Positions 1-9,300 of a stretch of DNA of 64,000 nt are shown here, piece by piece. The position numbers and the translations under genes are program-made. Within the stretch, counting starts at the first letter, position 1, and every line of letters begins with the position of its first letter. The notes beneath the pieces were generated by a model. The model saw nothing but the letters and a program-made list of their open reading frames with translations. It had not been told where the DNA came from and did no database searches. The DNA is from a virus (taxonomy: Duplodnaviria; Heunggongvirae; Uroviricota; Caudoviricetes), in IMG/VR virus record IMGVR_UViG_2541047117_000001, positions 24,841 to 88,840 of that record; one strand, given 5' to 3'.

Positions 1-199
1 ACTCACCTTTAAAATTATTTTCCAACACCGTCTTAGGATTTGCTTTGTAATCCATTAGTGTAGAACCAACCTTGAATGTCTTTGCGTCCTGCATATCATC
101 GGACAGTCGTATACTCCTGATTTTCCCTTCTTTATCTACTAAGAAAGTTACAACATATTCTCCTCGAATTTTTACGATGAAATTTTGGTCTTTGTGCAT
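1..199 (-). CDS. hypothetical protein; start codon at 199, 3' end lies beyond the window start
   Basis: ATG at 199..197 with GGAGAAAA RBS 5 nt upstream; the open frame MHKDQNFIVKIRGEYVV... runs off the window; conserved motif lies 60 nt upstream. Confidence 0.45.
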   Translation of the reverse strand, partial: MHKDQNFIVKIRGEYVVTFLVDKEGKIRSIRLSDDMQDAKTFKVGSTLMDYKANPKTVLENNFKGE

Positions 200-261
200 G
201 TTCGTTTTCTCCATTCTGTTTGTTATTATTTGCAGAAGCATCACTTGGACGCCTCTGCAAA

Positions 262-282
262 TTCATTATTTTTTACACTTGT
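262..282 (-). promoter_or_regulatory. conserved repeated element (minus-strand consensus TACAAGTGTAAAAAATAATGAA), copy 1
   Basis: near-exact match; followed by a leader hairpin 251..283. Confidence 0.6.
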
Positions 283-291
283 TGTTAAAAA

Positions 292-2040
292 TTAAAAGCT
301 CTTAGCCACTCGCTCACGAATCTCTTGTAAGCTTTCGTCACGATGCAGTTGACCATTGAAGAATACCTGCTCTAATTGGTCTTTGCCGAAGTAGCTTACT
401 TGCTGTTCCTTGTTTAAGCCATCAATTAATTTCAATTCGCCATCTTCTTCGATTACTACTACTCGACCTTTTTGAGATTTCTTCGTACCATCATCTGTTT
501 TCGGGTCTTTGTAGATTAATTTTTCTTCGCCATTAATCACTGCATACGTAGCCTTCATAGCAAATCCGAACGTGTCTCGTGTATTAAACTGGTATGTATA
601 TGAACCGATACCGAACACTACGTTAGTAGATGCGAAACCTTTATCTGCAAGACGTTTACAAATAGTCTTACAACGCTCTAATGTGATTGCATCTCCATAA
701 ATTGCTCCGATACAAGGTGCTAATACTTTGTATCCTTGCTCTGTAACAGTTCCACCAAAAATGTTCCAAAGTGCTTCAATTAATCCTAAATCTGCAACAC
801 TTGGAGTGAACTCTTCAAAGCGTTTTACTTTGTCTTCACAAATGTAATAGAATCGCTTGTCGTGACGGTCATACTCAACTTCGATTTCTAATTCATAATA
901 TTTACCATCATACTTAAATTGCCCTGAGATTTCAGTATCTCCATGTTCACCATGTGGAGTATCTTCACGCAATTCCTCCAATAGAGATTCATAGAAGTCC
1001 TGTTTAGCCTCTTCTAAGTTGCTTACATATTTTGAACCTGTAAGGTCAGGAATGTGAGCGCCACAAAGAATATCTTCAGGAATACCACTGTCAGGTCGGA
1101 TAACAACTTTACCATCACGGTTTTCAATTACTTCTTTCAGTCGTGGAATAATCTCACCGACAATGTTCCAAAAGTCCCATGTGTCAGAAACGATAGATAC
1201 AAAGCCTTTTGGGTAAACCTCTGTAATCATACGCTTGAATACTTCATACTCATTTTGACCATTCGCACACATTACTGAATGCTCTGTAGCAGGAATACTC
1301 GTTCCTACAAGTTCTTTCTCAATGTTTGCATTGTAGAACTGCTCCAAGTATAAGATTGCAGGGACAGTATCCGTTCCTACGAATGATAACAAGTGACCTG
1401 CTCCACTTTTCTGTGCTGATTGTAAAGAACTCATTCCACGCATTGAGAAATCGTGTCCTTGGAATACAACACCGTCAGTAGTTCCAACTGTCTTCATAGC
1501 GTACTCATTTAAAATCTTACGGTACTGCAACGCAATTGAAGCAGAAGTCATCCCTTGCCAAATCTCAGTGCTAAGTAATGTTTCCAAGTAATTAGTAATC
1601 CAAAAGAACTTTGGCATCGTATTTTCAATAGTCATCACTGGAACTTTCATTGGTGCTAATGTACCTTCTTTTAAAGCTTTGATTCGTACTGGTAAATATC
1701 CTAAATCATGAAGCTCGGCAATGTGAGTTGTATCAGGATTCTCTTCGCCTAAGCAGAATTTGATAACTCGTGCGTACTCTGCTAAGACAACTTCTTTCTT
1801 ACGTGCAAAGAAGTATTTGTTAAAGTAGCCGATTAAGAACTCCTTGATGAATGATTGAATCTCAAATACTACTACCTTATCAATCATAGGCATATGCTTA
1901 TTTGAACGTGGTGTCATAGTTGAATAGATTGCTTCTGTACCTTTTGGATACTGTGGGCGATGAGATAGTTTGTAGAAATCGCACAGTAAAGTTGGTGGAA
2001 GAAAGTTTTCCGTTTCAGTTGAATGAATAAAATCTGTCAT
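292..2040 (-). CDS. nadV: nicotinamide phosphoribosyltransferase family protein (NAMPT/NadV-like; could instead be a Namat-type ADPR-PP:nicotinamide transferase)
   Basis: 582 aa with the NAMPT signatures GTDTVPAI and IRPDSG; carries a ~100-aa insertion relative to canonical ~490-aa NAMPT. Confidence 0.85.
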   Translation of the reverse strand: MTDFIHSTETENFLPPTLLCDFYKLSHRPQYPKGTEAIYSTMTPRSNKHMPMIDKVVVFEIQSFIKEFLIGYFNKYFFARKKEVVLAEYARVIKFCLGEENPDTTHIAELHDLGYLPVRIKALKEGTLAPMKVPVMTIENTMPKFFWITNYLETLLSTEIWQGMTSASIALQYRKILNEYAMKTVGTTDGVVFQGHDFSMRGMSSLQSAQKSGAGHLLSFVGTDTVPAILYLEQFYNANIEKELVGTSIPATEHSVMCANGQNEYEVFKRMITEVYPKGFVSIVSDTWDFWNIVGEIIPRLKEVIENRDGKVVIRPDSGIPEDILCGAHIPDLTGSKYVSNLEEAKQDFYESLLEELREDTPHGEHGDTEISGQFKYDGKYYELEIEVEYDRHDKRFYYICEDKVKRFEEFTPSVADLGLIEALWNIFGGTVTEQGYKVLAPCIGAIYGDAITLERCKTICKRLADKGFASTNVVFGIGSYTYQFNTRDTFGFAMKATYAVINGEEKLIYKDPKTDDGTKKSQKGRVVVIEEDGELKLIDGLNKEQQVSYFGKDQLEQVFFNGQLHRDESLQEIRERVAKSF

Positions 2041-2055
2041 AATTATTAGCCCCTT

Positions 2056-2556
2056 TTAACCTTCGTATTTATAAATTGTTACACCGTAATCCTTGAAAAT
2101 ATCTTGAATCATTGGATACACAACGTTATCCCAGTCACCGTTAGCTAGACCGCATCCTAGATTGTATGGGATAGCAATTGATATCCCTAATGCGCTAGCA
2201 TCATCTCTAAGTACTGCTAAACCTTTTCGTAATGCTTCATAATTTGTGTATAAAACATTTTCTCGTCCATAGTTTAATTGACCAAAAATATTCACTACAT
2301 ACTCGTATTTATCCTCAGGCTTACTGTTTTCGTCTCGAAGATATACAGCATGAATACTTCCAAGTAAATCTTGTGGACGTTTACCGTGACATTGTGCTTG
2401 ATACATTCTATACACTTCGGGGTGTTTAGCTCTAATCTGCTTAGCTAATCCACTTCCCATCACGCCTTGGCAATTTACTTGTTGTACAATGACTTGTTCT
2501 GTTGCTTCTAGTAAGTTACCCTCTACAATTCCAATCATAGTAATGGTCGCACCCAC
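2056..2556 (-). CDS. macro domain (ADP-ribose binding/processing) protein
   Basis: 166 aa; VQQVNCQGVMGSGLAKQI resembles the MacroD VNAAN..GGGV core; translationally coupled between the NAMPT-like and Prs-like genes. Confidence 0.7.
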   Translation of the reverse strand: MGATITMIGIVEGNLLEATEQVIVQQVNCQGVMGSGLAKQIRAKHPEVYRMYQAQCHGKRPQDLLGSIHAVYLRDENSKPEDKYEYVVNIFGQLNYGRENVLYTNYEALRKGLAVLRDDASALGISIAIPYNLGCGLANGDWDNVVYPMIQDIFKDYGVTIYKYEG

Positions 2557-3344
2557 AATCTGTCGTCGTACTCTTCTTCATTTAAGATGCTGTCAGTTGT
2601 AAAGATTTTATCAATCAAATCAGTCTTTAACAGTTCACCCTTGTAAATAGAGTTCTCACAGTGAGTAACTACTAGATAGATTCTAGAAGCCCCTAATTTT
2701 TTTAACTCTGTAGCACTTCGTAGGAATGTACCACCGAATGAGCAAAGGTCATCCACAATAATTGCTGTAAATCCTGCGCCATCAACTTTACCCATCACTT
2801 CAAGACTCTCGATATTTCCGCTATCGAAATCACGTTGTTTATGACCTACGAGGTGACGGTACTTTTTAGCGGACTTGTAACGTTTAGATGCACCTGCATC
2901 GGGGAAGAAGACATAATCCGCTTCCTCATCAAACCCAACAATTTCAATCGCATCCTTTAAGATTTGCTCAGAGTAATCAATAACCTCGCATCGGTCTAAT
3001 AGAGCAGGTGTTACATCTGAGTGAGCTTCATAAACATAGACTTTCTTGAATTTCAACTTGTTAATGAAGTTTGCAACATCCTTTAGAGTGAATGCAGAAA
3101 CACCTTCGACTCTATCCATACGGCTGTAAGGCATGTACATAATCTTCAATTCTGCATTTAAGCCCATGTTTTCTAAGTAGTTTTTAACAAACATTAATCT
3201 GATTAAATCTCCATCTGTTTCATATTTGAACATGATGGTATTTTGAGTAGGATGAGCATTGGCTTTAATAAGCTTTGCATCCACTTTGGTTTCACCATTT
3301 GGAAACTCTGGAAAATCAAGTCTTGCACCATTAATTTTAATCAT
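2535..3344 (-). CDS. prs: ribose-phosphate pyrophosphokinase family protein (Prs-like; could instead be an Adps-type ADPR pyrophosphate synthetase)
   Basis: 269 aa; type I PRTase PRPP-binding loop IIVDDLCSFGGT; GGAGAGGG RBS; conserved motif 15 nt upstream. Confidence 0.7.
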   Translation of the reverse strand: MIKINGARLDFPEFPNGETKVDAKLIKANAHPTQNTIMFKYETDGDLIRLMFVKNYLENMGLNAELKIMYMPYSRMDRVEGVSAFTLKDVANFINKLKFKKVYVYEAHSDVTPALLDRCEVIDYSEQILKDAIEIVGFDEEADYVFFPDAGASKRYKSAKKYRHLVGHKQRDFDSGNIESLEVMGKVDGAGFTAIIVDDLCSFGGTFLRSATELKKLGASRIYLVVTHCENSIYKGELLKTDLIDKIFTTDSILNEEEYDDRLWVRPLL

Positions 3345-3358
3345 TTCATTCCCTCTCC

Positions 3359-3380
3359 TTCATTATTTTTTACACTTGTA
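3359..3380 (-). promoter_or_regulatory. conserved repeated element, copy 2
   Basis: exact consensus, 15 nt before the prs-like start. Confidence 0.65.
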
Positions 3381-3388
3381 ATAAAAAA

Positions 3389-3595
3389 TTAAAGCTTTTC
3401 GTTCTTAATAATCGCTGTGTTGCACAGGATGTGTCCCAACATGAAGATAACAATCATCTCAAAAGCATTGTCACAGAATGCATTTCCAATAAGGTATACA
3501 ACCCAAAATGCCATCCCTATTACTATGAACCTTAAATCAATACTGATTGTTTTAGGCTCATTATCTTTATTCGTTGTTTCTATCTTCATGTTCAT
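3389..3595 (-). CDS. small membrane protein
   Basis: 68 aa with hydrophobic helices; GGAGAGG RBS. Confidence 0.4.
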   Translation of the reverse strand: MNMKIETTNKDNEPKTISIDLRFIVIGMAFWVVYLIGNAFCDNAFEMIVIFMLGHILCNTAIIKNEKL

Positions 3596-4013
3596 GTGAA
3601 ACCTCTCCTCTCGCTACTTGGATGCCTGTTAAACAGATGGCTTGCATTGGAGTATTTGCAACTGATTCATGTGAATCAAAAATGAAGAACTCTCCTGTTT
3701 CTTTGTATATGCGACAAAGCGTATCGCCTAACCCTATGATTTCAAGTTCAAGGAACTCAACTAACTCTTTCGTCACCTCGACTAAATTGTAGGTAAAACC
3801 TTTCTTCTTGAAGTGTTCGATAACTTTCCAAGATTGGTTTAAGTTTTCTATAGGATTCCAGTCATGCTTTTCCATAACTCGTGACTTAGCTCCACATGTA
3901 ACCTCATAATAACAACCTTCTTCTGAATTAAATTCCCATCCAAGAACCTCAGTTGCTACTTGATGATTTACTGTCTCATTGCAAATACTTAATGTATCCA
4001 TTGTGTTAGCCAT
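3567..4013 (-). CDS. hypothetical protein
   Basis: 148-aa ORF co-oriented with the surrounding minus-strand genes. Confidence 0.5.
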   Translation of the reverse strand: MANTMDTLSICNETVNHQVATEVLGWEFNSEEGCYYEVTCGAKSRVMEKHDWNPIENLNQSWKVIEHFKKKGFTYNLVEVTKELVEFLELEIIGLGDTLCRIYKETGEFFIFDSHESVANTPMQAICLTGIQVARGEVSHEHEDRNNE

Positions 4014-4148
4014 CCTTTCTATCTATCAATCCATATAATTTAAAAGCATCTGCTAGTGAACCGATTGTCATTTGGTGAAACGGGTTATTTGTGTCTAAAC
4101 TCTCTAGAGCTTCTATTAATTTCCGCTTCAAATCATCACATTCAGTCA

Positions 4149-4436
4149 TTAGCTTGCCTCACTTACCTCTTCAACTTTTTGCATCACTGCAATCCATTTT
4201 TGATTGAACATCGCACCTTCTCCGCTCCTCATCTTGAGTCTAGTTGGTTTGAGTCCATCTTCTTTAAAACTGTATATCTTACCGCTATTGGCTACTTCGA
4301 AGATTGGTCTAATGCATTCATATCCTCTTCCTTCTAGCTCAATAACACGTTTAACACACTCAAGCTTATCCCCACCAGTGACGGTGATTCTAAAAGGTTG
4401 GTCTTTATCCTTATGGTTGGTCGCCATTTCATACAT
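4149..4436 (-). CDS. hypothetical protein
   Basis: 95 aa; three tandem copies of the conserved motif lie upstream. Confidence 0.5.
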   Translation of the reverse strand: MYEMATNHKDKDQPFRITVTGGDKLECVKRVIELEGRGYECIRPIFEVANSGKIYSFKEDGLKPTRLKMRSGEGAMFNQKWIAVMQKVEEVSEAS

Positions 4437-4438
4437 CC

Positions 4439-4461
4439 TTTTATTATTTTTTACACTTGTA
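4439..4461 (-). promoter_or_regulatory. conserved repeated element, copy 3a
   Basis: first of three tandem copies at 4439..4599. Confidence 0.6.
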
Positions 4462-4504
4462 TGTAATTTTTAAAGTTCACCCGCTTGTGAACTTCTTTAT
4501 ATTA

Positions 4505-4525
4505 TCATTAATTTTTACACTTGTC
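4505..4525 (-). promoter_or_regulatory. conserved repeated element, copy 3b (variant)
   Basis: GACAAGTGTAAAAATTAATGA. Confidence 0.5.
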
Positions 4526-4577
4526 AACATATTCTAAGAAAATTAAGCATTTTGCTCCCCTTCCCTCATCTGATATA

Positions 4578-4599
4578 TTCATTATATATTACACTTGTA
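4578..4599 (-). promoter_or_regulatory. conserved repeated element, copy 3c (variant)
   Basis: TACAAGTGTAATATATAATGAA. Confidence 0.5.
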
Positions 4600-4627
4600 T
4601 CAACTGTCAATGCTTCGGTCAAAAGTT

Positions 4628-4668
4628 TTTAAAATAAAAAAGTGAGATAAACACTAGGCTTATCTCAC
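4628..4668 (-). terminator. rho-independent terminator
   Basis: hairpin GTGAGATAA / TTATCTCAC with TTTTTTATTTT on the minus strand. Confidence 0.6.
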
Positions 4669-4880
4669 TCTCCTGCATATAGATATCTTAAATAAAATTC
4701 CCCTTTTAAATAATCCATGAGACAGTCCTCATGCACGTATGCCTCGTCCAATACAAGGATGCAGTACTCACCATAACTGATGTCTTCATCGCATGAAGCA
4801 CAACGACAAAAACGCCTCAATGCATTATCGGGCGTATCTGTCTTGTAATCATCGTAATGATTAGAGTTTATATAACTCAT
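4665..4880 (-). CDS. hypothetical Cys-rich protein
   Basis: 71 aa with CRCASCDED...HEDC; followed by an intrinsic terminator. Confidence 0.45.
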   Translation of the reverse strand: MSYINSNHYDDYKTDTPDNALRRFCRCASCDEDISYGEYCILVLDEAYVHEDCLMDYLKGEFYLRYLYAGE

Positions 4881-5160
4881 CCTCTACGTGTTTATTAAAT
4901 AGATTCATATCCTTTGCATACTCATCATAGTATTTCATGAAATATCCATAGAATACAATGATGCATAGAACATCTTCATACCGTTTATTAGGGGCTTTTA
5001 AATTAGGGAATAATACAAGACTCTTACTCTCGCTTGCTTTATTAATCATGAATCCTCGTAAAATATCTTTCTGATAACCTTTCACTGCTACACCACACAA
5101 CTCTTTGGCGAATAAAAGGATATCATTCTTATAATCTTCTAAGTTGTGAGTCTTGTTCAT
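4861..5160 (-). CDS. hypothetical protein
   Basis: 99-aa ORF. Confidence 0.45.
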   Translation of the reverse strand: MNKTHNLEDYKNDILLFAKELCGVAVKGYQKDILRGFMINKASESKSLVLFPNLKAPNKRYEDVLCIIVFYGYFMKYYDEYAKDMNLFNKHVEDELYKL

Positions 5161-5163
5161 TAC

Positions 5164-5595
5164 TTATTCCTCCTCTTCGGACATTTCACAAGCATCTCCA
5201 TAACCTTCCCAGTTATCTACACCCATTGCTTCTAGACAATTTAAGAAGTGTTGGCTCTCTAGTAATCCTTCATATTCTCCTTTAGAGATGGTTGCTGTCT
5301 TAACATTGCCCTTATTCTCTTTGTACAGCTCTACTAACTCCTCACGGCTCTTGCCTAGCAATCCTTGTGTAAACTTAAATAGTTCCCAGTCGGGGAAGTC
5401 GTCATTTCGACAGAAATTACATGTCCCACTATCGTCAATGGTTTCCTGTGTTTCCTCATCAATCTCTTCTCTGAATCCTTCTGCTTTTGCACACTTGTCA
5501 GAACACCAATCATTTCCACATGGACAGCCTACATAATAGCCACAGTCAGCGAAAGTATCCTCACATTTGTTACAACATAAATAATCTACACCCAT
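5164..5595 (-). CDS. Cys-rich hypothetical protein (probable metal-binding)
   Basis: 143 aa; many CxxC pairs and an acidic C-terminal tail; conserved motif upstream. Confidence 0.5.
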   Translation of the reverse strand: MGVDYLCCNKCEDTFADCGYYVGCPCGNDWCSDKCAKAEGFREEIDEETQETIDDSGTCNFCRNDDFPDWELFKFTQGLLGKSREELVELYKENKGNVKTATISKGEYEGLLESQHFLNCLEAMGVDNWEGYGDACEMSEEEE

Positions 5596-5612
5596 TTATT
5601 TCTTCCTTTCAA

Positions 5613-5634
5613 TTCATTATTTTTTACACTTGTA
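5613..5634 (-). promoter_or_regulatory. conserved repeated element, copy 4
   Basis: exact consensus; abuts the dnaE stop codon. Confidence 0.65.
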
Positions 5635-5644
5635 AGGAATTAGA

Positions 5645-8600
5645 TTAATCCCTTACAAGCTTCTTACAGTGAGTGATGTATGAGTCGTACTCATCAATCT
5701 TCACCCATTTACCATCTACTTTACGGCTCTTCTGACGCAACTCTGTATCTAAGAGCTTGATAGTATCTCCTACTTCTAGAGCAGGGTTACCCATACCATC
5801 AAAGTAGTGAACTTTCTTCATCTTCATAGGTACTTCTTGTCCAGTTCTCACTTGGTATAAAGTAATAACTGGTGTGTATTTTGTATTAACATCTACTACA
5901 ACATAGAATGAAGGCTTCACATTCGGCTTCTTAAATGTTGAGTATCCTAAATACTCCTTCTCAAAGCTAATCTGCTCGAATAAATCTAAAGGCGGAAACT
6001 CTAGAGATTTAATGATTTGAATCTCCTCAATTAACAATCCAATACGTTTAACTTTTGTATTAGCCTTATGAGTTTTACTGTATCGGTTCTTACCTTTATA
6101 CACTAATTCTGCAATCTTCAATAACTCCTCAGGTGTTCCATATTCACTAAAGAAGTTCAATCGAATCAAGATATCAAGCTGTTTCGAGTTAACAGATGTT
6201 CTCTCCATGATGTCGATGAATAGCTTTAGGATTGGCTCATCAACTGTTAACACTTCGTCACCCACTAGAATACTTGCCGTATCCTCTTGGTGAGCAATAT
6301 CATACAGCTCATTTGCAATACGCTCATTTAAGAACTTAACAGATTTCAATCCTTTATAGATTGTCTTCGTATTCTTATCAGGTGAATAAGAGCTTAAAGA
6401 TTTACCGAAATGAATCGGAGCAACCTTGATTCCAAATTGGTCAAGCTCTTTCATAATCTTGGCTGTCATAACTGTATCATCTTGATATAGATTCAGAACA
6501 ACCGTGTAATATTCAAGTGGATATTCTGCTTTCAAGTAAGCTCCATAGATTGAATCTAGTGCTACTGATAAGGCATGTGATGCGTTAAATCCATATCCAA
6601 CTGCATCCTCAATGATTTTCCATACCTTTAGAGCTTGTTCATGACTACCTGTTTTCTCAACGAATCCATTGATGAACTTGTCATGGATAGGCTCAATTAC
6701 ACCTTCTACCTTCTTGGAAATGGCTTTTAGGAGTCCATAGGTGACGTCCTCACTAAAGCCTGCGAATACCAGTGCTGACATGATGTTCTCCTGATAGAGT
6801 ACAAAGTTATCACTCTCTTTAAGGATTTCATCAAAAGCAGGAATCCCATATGAGAACGGCTGTCGATTTAAGAATACATCTTTCATAGATGCAAACGATG
6901 GTCGAATCGCTGATACCCATGCGGATAACTCACGGATGCCCTTTGGCATATATCGCTTAACTTGAGGTGTTCCACTATCTGTTCCTGCTTGGTTCAGTGT
7001 AGCGGTTAATCCTTTCTCATATAACTCCCATACTTTAGGGTTATTTTCTACTAACTTAGTTAGTTCACGAATATCGGGAATTGGTGCGCCAATTAGCTCA
7101 AACGTTTCTGCAATAATCCGCCAAACACTTACTGTTAAGAAGTCATTCTTTAGAAATTTCCATACATCTGACGTGTATGAATCTATAACTGCACACATCT
7201 CAGTTCCAACTTTGATAACTCCAACCTCTTCTGAAATCGGCTTATTTAGTAGCAAGAATGCACATGGATGAGGTGATACAGAATCAATTACTCCAACAAA
7301 TCGGTTAGCTTCTTCAATTAAGTCTTTCCATTGTGGATGATTCTCATAGTCCTCAAGATTCTTCGCTACATCGTTGTATTCACTCAGCTTCATGCCTCGT
7401 GAACGACATAAGTTACGGAATGAGGATGAACGCTTCATTGTGCCGAAAGCAGTCATGTAGTAGACATTATCTTCACCAAGGATTTCTTTACATGCCTCTG
7501 CGAACGGTGTCGAGTCAGCAGTATTAAAATCAATATCAGGAAGTGATTTTGTCTCAAGGATACGTGACTTGGACATGAAACGTGTTGGATACAGCGTAAC
7601 AGGAGCATCAACTCTATCAATCTCTGTGAATCCTAATAACTTATTCAAGTAGAATGATGGTGCAGAACCACGACCTGTACGGGTTAAGACTCCACCTTTT
7701 TCTTTTGCTAGTTTGATTCCTTTATAGTTCAGTAGGAAGTAATCTTCCATTTTCGTAGTTTCAATGATATCCATCTCAAACTTAATCGCTTCAATGTATT
7801 CTGCATGGTGACTAACTGGGATGTGCTGTTTATCCTTGTTCCACTCTTTCTGAACAATCTTCTTGAGCTTATTTACCTTCTCTTTATGTGATAGATGAGG
7901 GTAAATCGTAGGCATCTTAATATCCTTATTCAGTACAATCTCTTCAAAGTCATCTACAATACATGTATTCTGCAAGGCTTGTGTGACCTGTTCCTGTGTG
8001 AATACGCCTTGTGCATCATAACGCTCATATAATGTCTCTGAGCTTGGATAATCTAAGATGAATCCATCTTCATCATCATAGAAGATTCCTTTACCCTGTA
8101 GGAGTAAATCACGATACTTAGCATCTTCGGGATAGATATAATGCGTATCATTAGCATGTACTAATGGAATATTATATTTCTCGTGGAATGCTAAAATCTT
8201 TTCGTTGTATGCTTTCTGTACTGGGTGAACGTGAGGTTGAATCTCTAGATAGAAATTATCACCGAAGTACTTATGACATTTGCAAATGAAGCAGTCAGCA
8301 TATTCGCTGTCATACTTATTAACTGGACTCGCCACACATGTTGATGTGACAACTACATCTTTCGGATTCAATGAGAATAATAACTCTTCATCAATACGTG
8401 GCTTGTAGTAATAGCCTGTCTTATTTGCTTCTGACATAATACTAATCAACTGCTTCATACCTCGCTCATTACGAGCCATAACTAATAGATGGGTATTCGT
8501 CTTATCTTTCTCGAAGCGGTTCTTAACGTAATAGAACTCGATTCCAAAGATGTATTTTAATCCGTATTTCTTAGCTACATCATAGTATTCAAAAATATTT

Positions 8601-8794
8601 CCTGCATATCCATGTTCAACAGTAGATAATGTTTTGTGTCCTAGCTCCACTGCACGCTTAGCGATATCTTCGGGCTTGATAATACAATCGACCGTAAAGA
8701 TGTTGCTGTAGTGAGTGTGTTTGTGCCAGTTCTCATATCTAATATCGAAATTTGTAAGGACATTTCTATGTTCCACAAGTCTCACTAGCATCAC
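5645..8794 (-). CDS. dnaE: DNA polymerase III alpha subunit (DnaE-like, PHP domain)
   Basis: 1049 aa; N-terminal PHP histidines (HTHYSNIF, VEHGY); DnaE-like size and architecture; conserved motif immediately upstream. Confidence 0.85.
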   Translation of the reverse strand: MMLVRLVEHRNVLTNFDIRYENWHKHTHYSNIFTVDCIIKPEDIAKRAVELGHKTLSTVEHGYAGNIFEYYDVAKKYGLKYIFGIEFYYVKNRFEKDKTNTHLLVMARNERGMKQLISIMSEANKTGYYYKPRIDEELLFSLNPKDVVVTSTCVASPVNKYDSEYADCFICKCHKYFGDNFYLEIQPHVHPVQKAYNEKILAFHEKYNIPLVHANDTHYIYPEDAKYRDLLLQGKGIFYDDEDGFILDYPSSETLYERYDAQGVFTQEQVTQALQNTCIVDDFEEIVLNKDIKMPTIYPHLSHKEKVNKLKKIVQKEWNKDKQHIPVSHHAEYIEAIKFEMDIIETTKMEDYFLLNYKGIKLAKEKGGVLTRTGRGSAPSFYLNKLLGFTEIDRVDAPVTLYPTRFMSKSRILETKSLPDIDFNTADSTPFAEACKEILGEDNVYYMTAFGTMKRSSSFRNLCRSRGMKLSEYNDVAKNLEDYENHPQWKDLIEEANRFVGVIDSVSPHPCAFLLLNKPISEEVGVIKVGTEMCAVIDSYTSDVWKFLKNDFLTVSVWRIIAETFELIGAPIPDIRELTKLVENNPKVWELYEKGLTATLNQAGTDSGTPQVKRYMPKGIRELSAWVSAIRPSFASMKDVFLNRQPFSYGIPAFDEILKESDNFVLYQENIMSALVFAGFSEDVTYGLLKAISKKVEGVIEPIHDKFINGFVEKTGSHEQALKVWKIIEDAVGYGFNASHALSVALDSIYGAYLKAEYPLEYYTVVLNLYQDDTVMTAKIMKELDQFGIKVAPIHFGKSLSSYSPDKNTKTIYKGLKSVKFLNERIANELYDIAHQEDTASILVGDEVLTVDEPILKLFIDIMERTSVNSKQLDILIRLNFFSEYGTPEELLKIAELVYKGKNRYSKTHKANTKVKRIGLLIEEIQIIKSLEFPPLDLFEQISFEKEYLGYSTFKKPNVKPSFYVVVDVNTKYTPVITLYQVRTGQEVPMKMKKVHYFDGMGNPALEVGDTIKLLDTELRQKSRKVDGKWVKIDEYDSYITHCKKLVRD

Positions 8795-8797
8795 TCT

Positions 8798-8819
8798 TTC
8801 ATTATTTTTTACACTTGTT
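8798..8819 (-). promoter_or_regulatory. conserved repeated element, copy 5
   Basis: AACAAGTGTAAAAAATAATGAA, directly upstream of dnaE. Confidence 0.6.
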
Positions 8820-9012
8820 TAGCAACGTAACTAACGACCTGTCGCATGTAATACGGAACAAAGAACGGGTCTCTGCTTAAATCTCCATACCACATGCATC
8901 TCAAGTATCGTAATTCCTCTTTGCCAATATTTATATTTGGGTCTTTGAGGATATCCTTAATCGAATATCCTTTTAAACCACGTAACTCCTCATATTGTTG
9001 CTTTGTAATCAT
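8809..9012 (-). CDS. hypothetical protein
   Basis: 67-aa ORF. Confidence 0.4.
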   Translation of the reverse strand: MITKQQYEELRGLKGYSIKDILKDPNINIGKEELRYLRCMWYGDLSRDPFFVPYYMRQVVSYVAKQV

Positions 9013-9043
9013 TGCTGTTAACCTCTCCTACTTGTGTAGGTGA

Positions 9044-9262
9044 TTAATAAGCGTGGCGCAACTCTTTCTCAAAAGCAGAAATCTCAACATAGTCAAATTT
9101 ACCATTAGCAAACGGATGCTTTTCAACAGACTTCAACTGAAACTGCAACAATCCATTCTCTACGCTAACCTTACTTTTTAAAGTGATACCAACGATTTCA
9201 TAGAGAATATCATCATCGCCACCACGTAATATAACTTCATCACCTTTTTGAAACTTTAACAT
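9044..9262 (-). CDS. hypothetical protein
   Basis: 72 aa; GAGGTG RBS; conserved motif upstream. Confidence 0.45.
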   Translation of the reverse strand: MLKFQKGDEVILRGGDDDILYEIVGITLKSKVSVENGLLQFQLKSVEKHPFANGKFDYVEISAFEKELRHAY

Positions 9263-9279
9263 TTTTAAACACCTCTAGT

Positions 9280-9300
9280 TTCATTATTTTTTACATTTGA
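9280..9300 (-). promoter_or_regulatory. conserved repeated element, copy 6
   Basis: TCAAATGTAAAAAATAATGAA; overlaps the last codons of tdk. Confidence 0.55.

Noticed and set aside
72-305. Plus-strand ORF (77 aa) at the left edge, and similar plus-strand ORFs in the track (1054..1278, 2232..2429, 3417..3599, 7333..7527, 9709..9939, 11310..11675, 13428..13739, 23985..24317, 29116..29322, 30968..31393, 32965..33285, 38081..38964, 43749..44594, 56336..56662 and others)
   Set aside because: They lie antisense inside or across well-supported minus-strand genes with recognisable products. They lack RBSs and have low-complexity compositions typical of shadow ORFs.
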